This document shows, piece after piece, positions 54,964 to 64,000 of a stretch of DNA of 64,000 nt. Source of the stretch: an uncultured Candidatus Saccharibacteria bacterium (GTDB lineage: Bacteria; Patescibacteriota; Saccharimonadia; Saccharimonadales; JAGQNJ01); NCBI GenBank assembly GCA_964491925.1, contig CAZBGZ010000001.1, forward strand, positions 64,701-128,700. Reading direction: 5' to 3'. The position numbers and the translations under genes were made by a program. The notes beneath the pieces are model-generated. The model worked only from the letters and a program-made list of their open reading frames with translations, made no database searches and was not told where the DNA came from. The number at the start of each line of letters is the position of its first letter. Positions within the stretch are counted from its first letter, which is position 1.

Positions 54964-55929
54964 TTATTTTGTGATTGTTTGGTAATGGTCTAGTAAAGAT
55001 AGTAGTTCGGTAGGGCTGCTCGCATGCATTAGTTTGTCACGCAGTTCTTTGGCCCCAGGAAAATCGTTGACGTATATTTTGCAAAATTTATTAAGTGTAT
55101 ATATTTTTCGCTCATTATTTTTCCATGTGTCGCAAAATAACTGCACATGTTTCTGGTATAGTCCTAGTTTTTGCTCTGGGCTTTGCTCTTTCCAAGGGCT
55201 ATTCGGGCTAAAAATATATGGATCATGAAAAACGCCGCGGCCAATCATGATCCCATCCAGATTGTATTTTTTTGCTAGCTCAATCCCTTGTTCGCGCGTC
55301 ATTACATCACCGTTGCCAATGATTTTTGTAGTGGGGGAGAGGGAATCGCGCATTTCCCTAACCTGCCCTATTGTCTCCCACCGCGCAGGCACCTTTGACA
55401 TTTCTTTAGCCGTGCGTCCGTGAATAATTAGCGCATCTAGACCTTGTTTTAGCAAAAACTCAATCCAGGTTATATCTTCATGCCGATTCCCTAACCGAGT
55501 TTTCACACTAACAGGGAAGTTTTTGCCAGCAGCTCTCTTGACTTCGGCTATTATCTCCCCTGCCAGTCCCCTATTGTCTACCAGGGCCACGCAACAGCCA
55601 TTTTTTATCACCGCTTTGTCGGGACAACCCATATTGATATCGACGCCGTCATAGCCCATTTTTATTAGGTCTTTCGTGGTTTTGTAATAATTTCCATGTG
55701 TTTTCCCCCAAATTTGAGCAATTATTGGCTGCTCGACTCTACTAAACTGCAATTTTGGAAGTATTTTTGGCCGGCCAGGGCTTTGCAGACCATCGACATT
55801 CACAAATTCAGTAAAAAACAGGTCTGGCGCGGCTGTTTCTGCGATAATTTGACGAAATACAGAATCGGTCACATCGTCCATAGGCGCCAACACGAAAAAT
55901 GGCTTTGGTAGTTTGTCCCAAATATTCAT
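54964..55929 (-). CDS. dus: tRNA-dihydrouridine synthase
   Basis: LAPMDDVTDSVFR, DINMGCP and IHGRT motifs, 321 aa. Confidence 0.85.
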   Translation of the reverse strand: MNIWDKLPKPFFVLAPMDDVTDSVFRQIIAETAAPDLFFTEFVNVDGLQSPGRPKILPKLQFSRVEQPIIAQIWGKTHGNYYKTTKDLIKMGYDGVDINMGCPDKAVIKNGCCVALVDNRGLAGEIIAEVKRAAGKNFPVSVKTRLGNRHEDITWIEFLLKQGLDALIIHGRTAKEMSKVPARWETIGQVREMRDSLSPTTKIIGNGDVMTREQGIELAKKYNLDGIMIGRGVFHDPYIFSPNSPWKEQSPEQKLGLYQKHVQLFCDTWKNNERKIYTLNKFCKIYVNDFPGAKELRDKLMHASSPTELLSLLDHYQTITK

Positions 55930-55975
55930 CAGTTAGTCTATTGTACCTTTAAAAAATTATCGACGTGTATGTTTG

Positions 55976-56299
55976 TTAAACTCTTGGTCTATCGGTAGAC
56001 CTTTGTAAGGCAGCTCTTGTCTTAGCGAAAGCTTGTGAACCGGGGCCGGATCGTATGGGCACGAAACCAACGGATGGCCTAGCGCCTTGTTCGGCCGCAA
56101 GGTCTTCTCCATCTCGTAAATCAGCCATAGATTCACGACGCACATCCGTATCTGTGGGGGCTGGTCCATGTGGTCTTGCATCCGCAATTGCACCAATTCG
56201 TGCAGCAATCTCAGTAATGTCTACGGGTTCTGGTTGCGGTAGGAGCTCTAGTTGGCCGTCCATAATATGTATTATATCACGTTTGTGCTTAGTTGACAA
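55976..56299 (-). CDS. hypothetical protein (G+C-rich orphan ORF)
   Basis: 107-aa ORF rich in Asp, Glu, Arg, Pro and Ala, with no motif recognised. It overlaps the stop region of the prenyltransferase gene. Confidence 0.35.
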   Translation of the reverse strand: MSTKHKRDIIHIMDGQLELLPQPEPVDITEIAARIGAIADARPHGPAPTDTDVRRESMADLRDGEDLAAEQGARPSVGFVPIRSGPGSQAFAKTRAALQRSTDRPRV

Positions 56300-57110
56300 C
56301 TAGTTCTATCCAAAAAAACAATCCGGCACCCAAACCCAGGTTTATGTACGGGAACATCTTGTAAAGATTGAATATCTTTTTTTGCCGCAACAGAGATATT
56401 ATAACCATTAACCCGTATACTAACCCGGCAAAAATGCTGAAAACGCCAAGCCATTGATACGTCAAAATAGCAGAAGCAATATACGAACCGAAGCAGAAAA
56501 TCAATGTCAGCTTGCTACCTAAAACTGTAGCAATCGTAGAGATTTTGGCCTTTCTGTCAGATTCTATGTCTGGGACCGCCGAGTAAGCATGCATGGCCAT
56601 ACACCACAGAGTGGCACTAATAATTATCGCAAGTGAGGGAAATTCTCCTGTTACCAGACCGAAACTAACAAGAGCTGGGAAAATATACAGGATATTAAAA
56701 AACGAGTCCAAAAACGGCTTTGTCTTAGCTCGAATCGGAGGGCTAGAGTAAAAGATTCCAAAAAACCAGAACCCCAATAATGATAAAAAGGCTGCTAGCG
56801 GCATCAATGGCGCCAAGGCTAGTATAGGCAAATTGAGCAAGAGAATCAGTTTTGATAAGTTTTTTTGCTGTACGGGTTTTAGTAATGTTTCGTATGACTG
56901 TTTTTTGGGGTTTACCTTGTCTGTTTCATAATCAAAAATATCGTTTACGCCGTAAATTAAGAGATTTGCAGGCAGTAAAAAATACAAACCAAAAATGGTC
57001 AAGAGCCACCAATTCGAATAAATATTCGCAGATGTCAGCCCAATAATGAATGGACCGAACAGATACGGCCAGAATCTTGGTCTCGAAATTTTGAAAAATG
57101 GCACAAGCAC
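56289..57110 (-). CDS. UbiA-family prenyltransferase, lycopene elongase (LyeJ/CrtEb)-like
   Basis: 8-9 TM helices, first Asp-rich motif NDIFDYETDKVNPKK, length 273 aa. Adjacent to carotenoid genes. Confidence 0.7.
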   Translation of the reverse strand: MLVPFFKISRPRFWPYLFGPFIIGLTSANIYSNWWLLTIFGLYFLLPANLLIYGVNDIFDYETDKVNPKKQSYETLLKPVQQKNLSKLILLLNLPILALAPLMPLAAFLSLLGFWFFGIFYSSPPIRAKTKPFLDSFFNILYIFPALVSFGLVTGEFPSLAIIISATLWCMAMHAYSAVPDIESDRKAKISTIATVLGSKLTLIFCFGSYIASAILTYQWLGVFSIFAGLVYGLMVIISLLRQKKIFNLYKMFPYINLGLGAGLFFWIELVVN

Positions 57111-57125
57111 TTCATAATTGTACCA

Positions 57126-57803
57126 ATGAATTCGATAATATCGGCAGCCGCGCCTTTAGCTTCTGCAATATCAATAGTCTTGTTCGCATTGCCTAGCTAC
57201 ATCGGGGCCATTCGACAACGTGGTGTTGCTCGTGCAGTCATACTTATCGTGGCTCTGGGATTATTCGGAATCGCCTTTGAGTCAATTGCTGTAAAAACAG
57301 GCTACCCGTATGGACAGTTCGCTTACAGCGATACACTAGGTTACAAAATATTAGGGCTAACACCCTGGACAGTTGCATTTGCATACCCACCTCTTGTACT
57401 AGGTGCTTTTTGGCTTGCTAGTAAAATAACAAAAACAGGGATGCGAGTTATATTAACTGCCTTATTCGCCCTGGCGCTAGACGTCGTCCTGGACCCTGCC
57501 CTAACTCGAATGGGCATTTGGCAATGGGCAAAAGCCGGACCTTTTTACGGAGTGCCTCTAATGAACTTTGCCGGCTGGTTTGTCAGTGGGCTAATTTCCG
57601 GTTGGATTATTCACAAAATCTGGGGAAAAGAAAAATCTGTCCGTAGGTCTCTTGCCTACAGTGCTTTCGGACTCACCTGGTTTTGGGCCGGAGTAAACCT
57701 GGGCCTAAAACAATGGATACCGGGAGGAATCGGCGTTGCCATTGGGCTACTTACAATGTTTATCATGAGGATGGAGAAAAAGCGCGAACAGAAAAATGTC
57801 TAA
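57126..57803 (+). CDS. carotenoid biosynthesis membrane protein (CruF / PF04240-like)
   Basis: Polytopic protein of 225 aa. GYPYGQFAYSDTLGYKILGLTPW and PLMNFAGWF motifs fit my recollection of the Caroten_synth family. Confidence 0.6.
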   Translation: MNSIISAAAPLASAISIVLFALPSYIGAIRQRGVARAVILIVALGLFGIAFESIAVKTGYPYGQFAYSDTLGYKILGLTPWTVAFAYPPLVLGAFWLASKITKTGMRVILTALFALALDVVLDPALTRMGIWQWAKAGPFYGVPLMNFAGWFVSGLISGWIIHKIWGKEKSVRRSLAYSAFGLTWFWAGVNLGLKQWIPGGIGVAIGLLTMFIMRMEKKREQKNV

Positions 57804-59301
57804 ACCTACTGCAATAATTATAGGTGCCGGTTTTGGGGGCTTGGGTAGTGCATGCATACTGGGCAAGGCTGGGTACAAGGTTACTGTCATAGAAAAAAAC
57901 GAACAGATCGGTGGCCGCGCAGGAGTTTTTGAAACCAAGGGGTTTAGATTTGATGCTGGGCCCAGTTGGTACTTAATGCCCGATATATTTCAGCACTTTT
58001 TTGACCTTATGGGAGAAAAAGTCGAAAACCATCTAAAACTCAAAAAGCTGTCCCCGAGTTACCGAATATTTTATAAAGACTCTGACAATCATGTCGATAT
58101 ATATTCTGACCTAAAAAAAGATTTGCCGACAATAAGAAAAATTGAGCCCGGAGCTGACGAGGCACTTAAGCGATACCTAGATATCGCAGGGCAGCAGTAC
58201 GAAATAGCTAAAGCTAGTTTTTTATATAAAAACTACAATTCTATTCGCGATTTTTTAACCTGGGAGGTTGCAACAAAGGGTCGAAAGCTAAACGCACTTT
58301 CAAACATGGACAAATACGTTCGAAAATACTTCAAAACTGACGAAATGTACAAAATAATACAATATCCTTCGGTTTTTCTAGGATCTAGCCCATACAACAC
58401 CCCTGCCCTGTACAGTATGATGAACCACATAGATTTCAATATGGGGGTTTACTATCCAGACGGAGGTATCAACGAAATAGTAAAGAGCTTGGAACGAATT
58501 GCCAAGAAGTACGATGTCGTTTTTAGAAACAACTTGACCGTGAAGAAAATAATTATCAAGAACAAAAAAGCTGTTGGGGTAAAGCTAGAGAATGGAAGAG
58601 CAATATATGCAAACGTTGTTATCAGTAACGCGAATGTCTGGCACACCGAAACAAAACTACTGAGCGCTCAATACCGAACCAAGTCCACTAAATACTGGGA
58701 AAGCCGAGTTCTGGCGCCGAGTGCAGTAATAATATACTTAGGGGTCAAAGGAAGATACCCTGGCATTCAGCACCATAACTTGATATTCAGTAAAAATTGG
58801 AAAAAGAATTTCGGGCAGATTTTTGACAACCCAACCTGGCCCTCGGACCCTAGTATGTATGTTTGTGCTCCCAGCAAAACTGATGCCACAGTTGCACCAA
58901 AAGGACATGAGAACATGTTTGTTTTAGTCCCAATTGCACCTGGCTTGAAATACACAGACAAACAATTGGTGGCCTACGCTGATAAGATTCTGGAGACCAT
59001 GGAAGAAACCATGAAGCTCAAAAATTTGCGTAAAAATATTGTCTATCGGAGACAGTTTAGCGTGAAAGACTTTGCTAATCGTTATAATTCGCAGTCTGGA
59101 ACGGCTTTGGGTATGGCCCACATACTCAGACAATCTGCAATTTTCAGGCCTAACAACATTAGCAAAAAGGTATCTAACTTATACTATGTTGGTGCTGACG
59201 TTAACCCTGGGATTGGCATGCCCACGACTTTGATCAGTGCCGAGTTAATGTACAAAAGGATAATTGGCGACAATACTTCGGGACCACTTCAAAAAATATA
59301 A
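57796..59301 (+). CDS. phytoene desaturase family FAD oxidoreductase (CrtI/CrtD-like)
   Basis: N-terminal dinucleotide fold IIGAGFGGLGSACILGKAGYKVTVIEKNEQIGGRA, 501 aa, and a C-terminal motif typical of CrtI-family enzymes. There is an 8-nt overlap with the upstream gene. Confidence 0.85.
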   Translation: MSKPTAIIIGAGFGGLGSACILGKAGYKVTVIEKNEQIGGRAGVFETKGFRFDAGPSWYLMPDIFQHFFDLMGEKVENHLKLKKLSPSYRIFYKDSDNHVDIYSDLKKDLPTIRKIEPGADEALKRYLDIAGQQYEIAKASFLYKNYNSIRDFLTWEVATKGRKLNALSNMDKYVRKYFKTDEMYKIIQYPSVFLGSSPYNTPALYSMMNHIDFNMGVYYPDGGINEIVKSLERIAKKYDVVFRNNLTVKKIIIKNKKAVGVKLENGRAIYANVVISNANVWHTETKLLSAQYRTKSTKYWESRVLAPSAVIIYLGVKGRYPGIQHHNLIFSKNWKKNFGQIFDNPTWPSDPSMYVCAPSKTDATVAPKGHENMFVLVPIAPGLKYTDKQLVAYADKILETMEETMKLKNLRKNIVYRRQFSVKDFANRYNSQSGTALGMAHILRQSAIFRPNNISKKVSNLYYVGADVNPGIGMPTTLISAELMYKRIIGDNTSGPLQKI

Positions 59302-59331
59302 TCATCTTAGATAAATTTTTTATTGGAAATA

Positions 59332-59360
59332 AAAAACGCCCTTTTTAATAGGGCGTTTTT
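59332..59360. terminator. bidirectional intrinsic terminator
   Basis: AAAAACGCCC-tttttaata-GGGCGTTTTT between convergent genes. Confidence 0.75.
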
Positions 59361-59377
59361 GTAATATTCGTGTTTAT

Positions 59378-59575
59378 TTAGGCGGCTTTTTTTACTGTTA
59401 GGAAACCGTTTCGTGGGTTTTCTGTTACTACTTTACCTGATGGTAGGTCGCAAGCTTCTGGTCGTTCGTCTTTGCTGAAGTAGTAGATAGTCTGCAATTT
59501 GCCACCGCGGAGCGTAACGTCTTTGCTGTTTAGGTAGTATGTAACACCTTTACTGTTTGTATGATTGTAACCCAT
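59378..59575 (-). CDS. hypothetical small protein
   Basis: 65-aa ORF with AGGGAGA upstream. No motif recognised. Confidence 0.4.
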   Translation of the reverse strand: MGYNHTNSKGVTYYLNSKDVTLRGGKLQTIYYFSKDERPEACDLPSGKVVTENPRNGFLTVKKAA

Positions 59576-59668
59576 ATTATTAATTCTCCCTCTTTAGGTT
59601 TACCTTAGTACCACCACGATACTCCAGAGGCGAATTGTTTGTCAACCCTTTGAGCGGTACTTTTCACA

Positions 59669-60292
59669 TCAGTTGCGGGATACCTGTGGGTGTACAAATA
59701 CACTGCACGCCGAGGTTAACAGAGATTCTGGAGCTCTCTCAACCTGTAATCTGGTGCAAGCTTGTCGCTTGTCACCGGTAAATATAACTTTCCAGGTCCC
59801 CTCTTTTTTCTTCGAAATAAAAGTCTGTGTATTGTTTATATAACTGCATTTTCTATCGCCAATAGCAAAATTATCTGATACTTTCTCGATATAAATGTTA
59901 TCTGTTAATGAACCACCATCTGTGCCAATTGGGTAGCCAGATTCTAGTACCGTTATATTACAATTGCCGTCGACGGAGCGCTTGACCAATGAAACCGTTT
60001 CTTTGCTGGTTCCGAGTCTATCCGCCTCGCGTTGGTCTAGCCTAACAGCATGAACTATCAACAAGGTAATACCGACCACAAGAAGAATGGAGCCTAAAAT
60101 ATTTAATAGTATCGCCAGAATAGCCAGCCATGCGCCACGTTCTTGTGTTTTGCGTATCTGCACCAGACCAACGATAGCCAGAATGGGGGCAGTCAGTGGG
60201 AACCCCACAAAGACTAAGCTGAGAATTGCAGGCACATTCCACTTTTTGTTGTACTCTCTTTTCCCTGCTTTATTTCCATTTGTTGCTTTCAT
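59669..60292 (-). CDS. membrane protein with DUF4190-like N-terminal helices and an extracytoplasmic C-terminal domain
   Basis: Two to three TM helices of the pattern PAILSLVFVGF...LAIVGLV...AILAILLNILGSILLVVG. Confidence 0.5.
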   Translation of the reverse strand: MKATNGNKAGKREYNKKWNVPAILSLVFVGFPLTAPILAIVGLVQIRKTQERGAWLAILAILLNILGSILLVVGITLLIVHAVRLDQREADRLGTSKETVSLVKRSVDGNCNITVLESGYPIGTDGGSLTDNIYIEKVSDNFAIGDRKCSYINNTQTFISKKKEGTWKVIFTGDKRQACTRLQVERAPESLLTSACSVFVHPQVSRN

Positions 60293-60304
60293 AATTTTCT
60301 ACCC

Positions 60305-60919
60305 CTATTCGTGTTGTTTTAGTCTATGCTTAACCCATCGCTCCATAACAAACCATCCTAAAAACAGCACAAAAAATATCGCCGAAACAAGCAAGGCTAT
60401 TCCAGCGACGTCAGGCGACCAACGCGGTGATACAAAGTTAAATTTGTACAAAGCATCTGGGATATTTATGGCTTCTTTAGATTTGTGCTTATTGACGTAG
60501 TCTTTGATGCAGGGAATGCGTCCTCTCCCGGATAAACCCGCTGGAAACTTTTTCTCGCAAACAGCCTGGGCTTCTGTATATACTTGGCTGCTGCTTTTGC
60601 TGGCCTTAGCCTTTTCGGCCGCCACTAACCTATCGTATCGATACTTTAACTGCACCGGTTGTTGCACGCTACCTCCTGCAGACAGGTCAGCGTTCATGTG
60701 GCTATAAATATACTCTCTCAGCTCTCTCAGAGGCTTTTCGACGTTTTTGTTGGCCTTGTCTGCTTTTGCAACTACTTCGCGCAAACGCAAGGCCGTTAGG
60801 TTGTTTTGACGCATTGCATAAACGCCAAGCCCTAGTGAAAATACCGAAATAATTAGGAAAAACCACGATTTGATTGGTCGCGTTTTTCGCCATTTGTGAT
60901 GAAGCTCTTTATTGTCCAT
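60305..60919 (-). CDS. hypothetical bitopic membrane protein
   Basis: 204 aa with TM helices at both ends. No motif recognised. Confidence 0.45.
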   Translation of the reverse strand: MDNKELHHKWRKTRPIKSWFFLIISVFSLGLGVYAMRQNNLTALRLREVVAKADKANKNVEKPLRELREYIYSHMNADLSAGGSVQQPVQLKYRYDRLVAAEKAKASKSSSQVYTEAQAVCEKKFPAGLSGRGRIPCIKDYVNKHKSKEAINIPDALYKFNFVSPRWSPDVAGIALLVSAIFFVLFLGWFVMERWVKHRLKQHE

Positions 60920-61027
60920 ATTTTCCAGGGTTATTCTATAACTCTAATGTTAAACCGTTTTTATAGGCTTTACTAGAGTCAATTAGACTAATGGACTATT
61001 CGACCACTAGGCTGTTAGACTATTGCT

Positions 61028-62329
61028 ATGCACATATTCTTCTCCGGAATTGGCGGAACAGCTATTGGGCCATTGGCGTTAATTGCCAAACAAGCCGGCT
61101 ACTCCGTTTCTGGATCTGATAAACAAGACTCTCAGTACATAGAATACTTGCGAAAAAAAGGGATAACAGATATACATATCGGCCAAACGAAACAAGCTAT
61201 TGAATCTGTTCATGTAAAAAATCCTATAGACTGGTATGTTTACTCTTCGGCACTAGAGTTAGAAAACCCGAATCATCCAGAGATAACTTTTGTGAAGGAT
61301 AACAACATCAAAAAAAGTAAACGTGATGAGTTCTTGAATAAAATACTAACTGACAAAAACCTAAAAATGATTGCCATAGCTGGTACACATGGCAAGACAA
61401 CTACAACTGCCATGGTTATCTGGCTATTCAAACAGTTGGGTATTCCTATTAGTTATTCTGTAGGTGCAAAAATTAGTTTTGGCGAGATGGGGCAATATGA
61501 CTCTAAATCTCAGTTTTTCGCGTACGAAGCAGATGAATTTGATCATAATTTTTTGGCTTTTCACCCTGAAATTAGTTTGATAACAGGCATTAGTTGGGAC
61601 CATCACGAGATTTTCAAAACATACCAAGATTATTTAGACGCATTCAAAAAATTCATCGAGCAATCTAAATACACAGTTTTGTGGCATCAGGATTGGTGCA
61701 GTCTTGATTTTCCTAGCGAGTCTGACGAGGATAAAATATCAACAATTGGTGCAGACCAGATGATGTTTGCCCTTGATTTGCCTGGGTACACCAATAGACA
61801 AGATGCTCAGTTAGCCATCGAAGGTGTTCACAGAGCAACGGGTGAATCTATCGGAAAGTTAGTTGAACTAATGAATAAATTTCCTGGTTTACAGCGCAGA
61901 ATGGAAGAAATTATTCCCGGGCTTTACAGCGACTATGCACACACACCAGACAAAGTTCGCGGCGGTCTGAGTGTAGCCCTGGATATAGCCAAAACTAAAA
62001 ATAAAAAAGTTATTGTGGTTTACGAAGGCCTGACCAACCGCCGCCAACACTACATGATAGATGACTATAAAAACTGTTTTGACGGTGCTCAAAAAGTCTA
62101 CTGGGTCCCCAGCTACCTAGCGCGTGAAGACCCAGATCAACGCATTATTGACCCGGCGGAGATGATAAAACATTTGTCAAATCCAGAGATTGCCGAACCG
62201 ATGGAACGCGACACGCAACTGAAAGAAACAATTCAAAAGCATCTAGACGCCGGCGATATGGTGGTTGCGATGGCAGGTGGCGGCGGTGGCAGCCTGGACG
62301 AGTGGATCCGAAAGGAATTTTCTAAATGA
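61028..62329 (+). CDS. Mur ligase family protein (MurC/Mpl-like)
   Basis: N-terminal Rossmann segment FFSGIGGTAIGPLALIAKQAGYSVSGSD and the ATP site AIAGTHGKTTTTAM. Confidence 0.75.
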   Translation: MHIFFSGIGGTAIGPLALIAKQAGYSVSGSDKQDSQYIEYLRKKGITDIHIGQTKQAIESVHVKNPIDWYVYSSALELENPNHPEITFVKDNNIKKSKRDEFLNKILTDKNLKMIAIAGTHGKTTTTAMVIWLFKQLGIPISYSVGAKISFGEMGQYDSKSQFFAYEADEFDHNFLAFHPEISLITGISWDHHEIFKTYQDYLDAFKKFIEQSKYTVLWHQDWCSLDFPSESDEDKISTIGADQMMFALDLPGYTNRQDAQLAIEGVHRATGESIGKLVELMNKFPGLQRRMEEIIPGLYSDYAHTPDKVRGGLSVALDIAKTKNKKVIVVYEGLTNRRQHYMIDDYKNCFDGAQKVYWVPSYLAREDPDQRIIDPAEMIKHLSNPEIAEPMERDTQLKETIQKHLDAGDMVVAMAGGGGGSLDEWIRKEFSK

Positions 62330-63096
62330 AATTAATCCAAATTAACGGCTGGCTAGGCCGCCTTAATGGGCCGTTGGAAAGGTTCTTATTAGACCAAAAG
62401 CCAGATTTCATATGCATACAAGAAGCCTTTGACCCCGAGTCCAACGCACCAACTTTCAAAGACCAGTTTATGTATGTATCGGAAATAATCAAACAAGGAA
62501 ATTTCGAGCACTACTCATTTGCCCCTGCCTGGGGATTTGAGATGATAGGAACAAAAATTGATACAGGCAACATAATCATCAGCAAATACCCCCTGTCCGA
62601 TCTGATAAAAATTCACACAAATAATAACTATAATTTTCGAAAAGAAATCTCGAACTCGCAGCCTAACACAAGGGTTTGGCAAGCTTGCACAGCTGAAATT
62701 GGCAATGGGAAAAAGCTTTCTATTTCAACCCACCAGGGCTACCTACCGCGTCTACACCATGAAAAGGAAGATAACGATATAACAGTAGCTTCTATGCAAA
62801 AAGCAGTCGAGGGCTTAAATAAACTCGAGCATCCAATTATATTTTGTGGCGACCTCAATTCGCATCCTGCTACTCCACCAATAAAATTAGTGGAAGATAC
62901 GGGGCTAATAAACCTGACGACAAAATTTGGGGTAAAAACCACTCTGTCGCCTGCTCATAGAGCGCCGAAACACGAACGGGGTTCTGTAGTCTGTGATTTT
63001 GTTTTTGTCAGTAATGATATAAAAGTAGAAAAGTTTTCAGTCAGCGAAGAAGTCGTGTCCGACCACAAAGCACTAATCCTAGAATTCAGTCTTTGA
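62326..63096 (+). CDS. endonuclease/exonuclease/phosphatase (EEP) family protein
   Basis: DFICIQEA near the N-terminus, GDLNS and SDHKALILEF at the C-terminus. Confidence 0.75.
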   Translation: MKLIQINGWLGRLNGPLERFLLDQKPDFICIQEAFDPESNAPTFKDQFMYVSEIIKQGNFEHYSFAPAWGFEMIGTKIDTGNIIISKYPLSDLIKIHTNNNYNFRKEISNSQPNTRVWQACTAEIGNGKKLSISTHQGYLPRLHHEKEDNDITVASMQKAVEGLNKLEHPIIFCGDLNSHPATPPIKLVEDTGLINLTTKFGVKTTLSPAHRAPKHERGSVVCDFVFVSNDIKVEKFSVSEEVVSDHKALILEFSL

Positions 63097-63598
63097 TAAC
63101 TTTGTAGTGGTTTTGGATTATTCCATCCACTACCTTTTTAGTACTAATTAGTTCAAGTTTTAATTCTATATTTTTACTATCGCTAAACAAACCAATGCCA
63201 TCACCCATTACAAAGGGATAAATACTTACTACTATTTCATCTATGCATTTTGCACGGGCAAACCTAGCATTAGTTTCACCACCACCAGATAATATAACTG
63301 AATCAAACCCATGGTCTTTAACAACTTGCAGAATTTCTTCAGGTTCGCCTGAAACAAATATAATATTCTCGTTTGTAGATTTTAGACATTTGCTTGTACA
63401 AACAAATGTTACTCTTCCCTCTTCATCAAAATCTGACTTATACTGCTCGTAAGTCGTTCGACCAACGATTGCACAGCCAGCTTCTTTAATTGCTTGTTGA
63501 TATAATGCATCGTCAGCACCACTAACCCAATCCGAATCACCATCACTTTTTGCAATAAATCCATCTAGCGTAATCGCCGGATACAAAATAACTTTCAT
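63086..63598 (-). CDS. dihydrofolate reductase-like (RibD C-terminal domain) family protein
   Basis: MKVILYPAITLDGFIA...DW N-terminus and a GGGETN segment, 170 aa. Confidence 0.7.
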   Translation of the reverse strand: MKVILYPAITLDGFIAKSDGDSDWVSGADDALYQQAIKEAGCAIVGRTTYEQYKSDFDEEGRVTFVCTSKCLKSTNENIIFVSGEPEEILQVVKDHGFDSVILSGGGETNARFARAKCIDEIVVSIYPFVMGDGIGLFSDSKNIELKLELISTKKVVDGIIQNHYKVIKD

Positions 63599-63709
63599 TT
63601 TTTACCTATCATCGTCAAATGGTTCTATTATTTCAATTTGAGTTCCAAATTTATCTTGCACATATGCAAAACGCTTGCAAACTGTTCCATTAGTTATAGG
63701 TATAGAAAT

Positions 63710-63985
63710 TTAATAACCGGAGTTCGTGTATGATTTAATATCTTCTTCAAGGTTATCGGATGAAAAAGCAAAATGACGGGAAATTTTTTTGCTTAACTCA
63801 GAGTTGGGATCGACGAAAGTAAAAAGCTCGACATGGCTTTTGCCTTTTTTCATCATTACTGCTTGAAAACCCCTGGATGATCCGCCGAAACGTTTCATAA
63901 CAGAATAGCCTATTTTCTCATAAAATTTTATCGATTCCTCGAGACTTTCAACTCTAAATCCAAAATGATGTAGGCCAGTAATCAT
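63710..63985 (-). CDS. VOC (glyoxalase/bleomycin-resistance) family protein
   Basis: ITGLHHFGFRVESLEESIKFYEKIGY N-terminal VOC motif. An alternative start coincides with the window edge (64000). Confidence 0.7.
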   Translation of the reverse strand: MITGLHHFGFRVESLEESIKFYEKIGYSVMKRFGGSSRGFQAVMMKKGKSHVELFTFVDPNSELSKKISRHFAFSSDNLEEDIKSYTNSGY

Positions 63986-64000
63986 TTTGTCACACTCCAT

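Overview
This 64 kb window looks like a chromosomal segment of a small-genome, low-to-moderate GC bacterium with Gram-positive-type surface biology. It has a sortase with an LAxTG substrate, a type IV pilin-like protein and lamin-tail-domain surface proteins. The overall style suggests Patescibacteria/CPR, possibly Saccharibacteria-like; that is inference only, since there is no rRNA here.

Positions 1-45.2 kb are mostly housekeeping: ruvA/ruvC, yebC, comEC, rimK, an hrcA-grpE-dnaK-dnaJ operon with CIRCE operators, lepA, murJ, ftsH, tilS, pyrB, guaA, transporters, a sensor kinase and a GGDEF protein. Positions 53.9-64 kb carry redox and tRNA-modification genes, a three-gene carotenoid-modification cluster, and Mur-ligase, EEP, DHFR-like and VOC genes.

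The outstanding feature is 45.2-53.85 kb, an accessory region of about 8.6 kb anchored on a minus-strand tRNA(CAU). It holds about 10 unrelated cargo genes, nearly all co-oriented with the tRNA. They are separated by eight copies of a 135-165 bp repeat, plus two exact copies of the 3' end of that tRNA. The repeat begins with a tRNA-acceptor-like core (TGGTGGCGAT). The rest of it carries a start-less 45-codon reading frame that is conserved through synonymous substitutions. No recombinase gene is visible anywhere in the window.

All four tRNA genes in the window (Lys-UUU, CAU, initiator fMet, CAU) are followed by degenerate copies of their own 3' ends. These copies bracket small cargo or structured non-coding inserts.

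All product calls rest on motif recognition by eye. No database search was possible.
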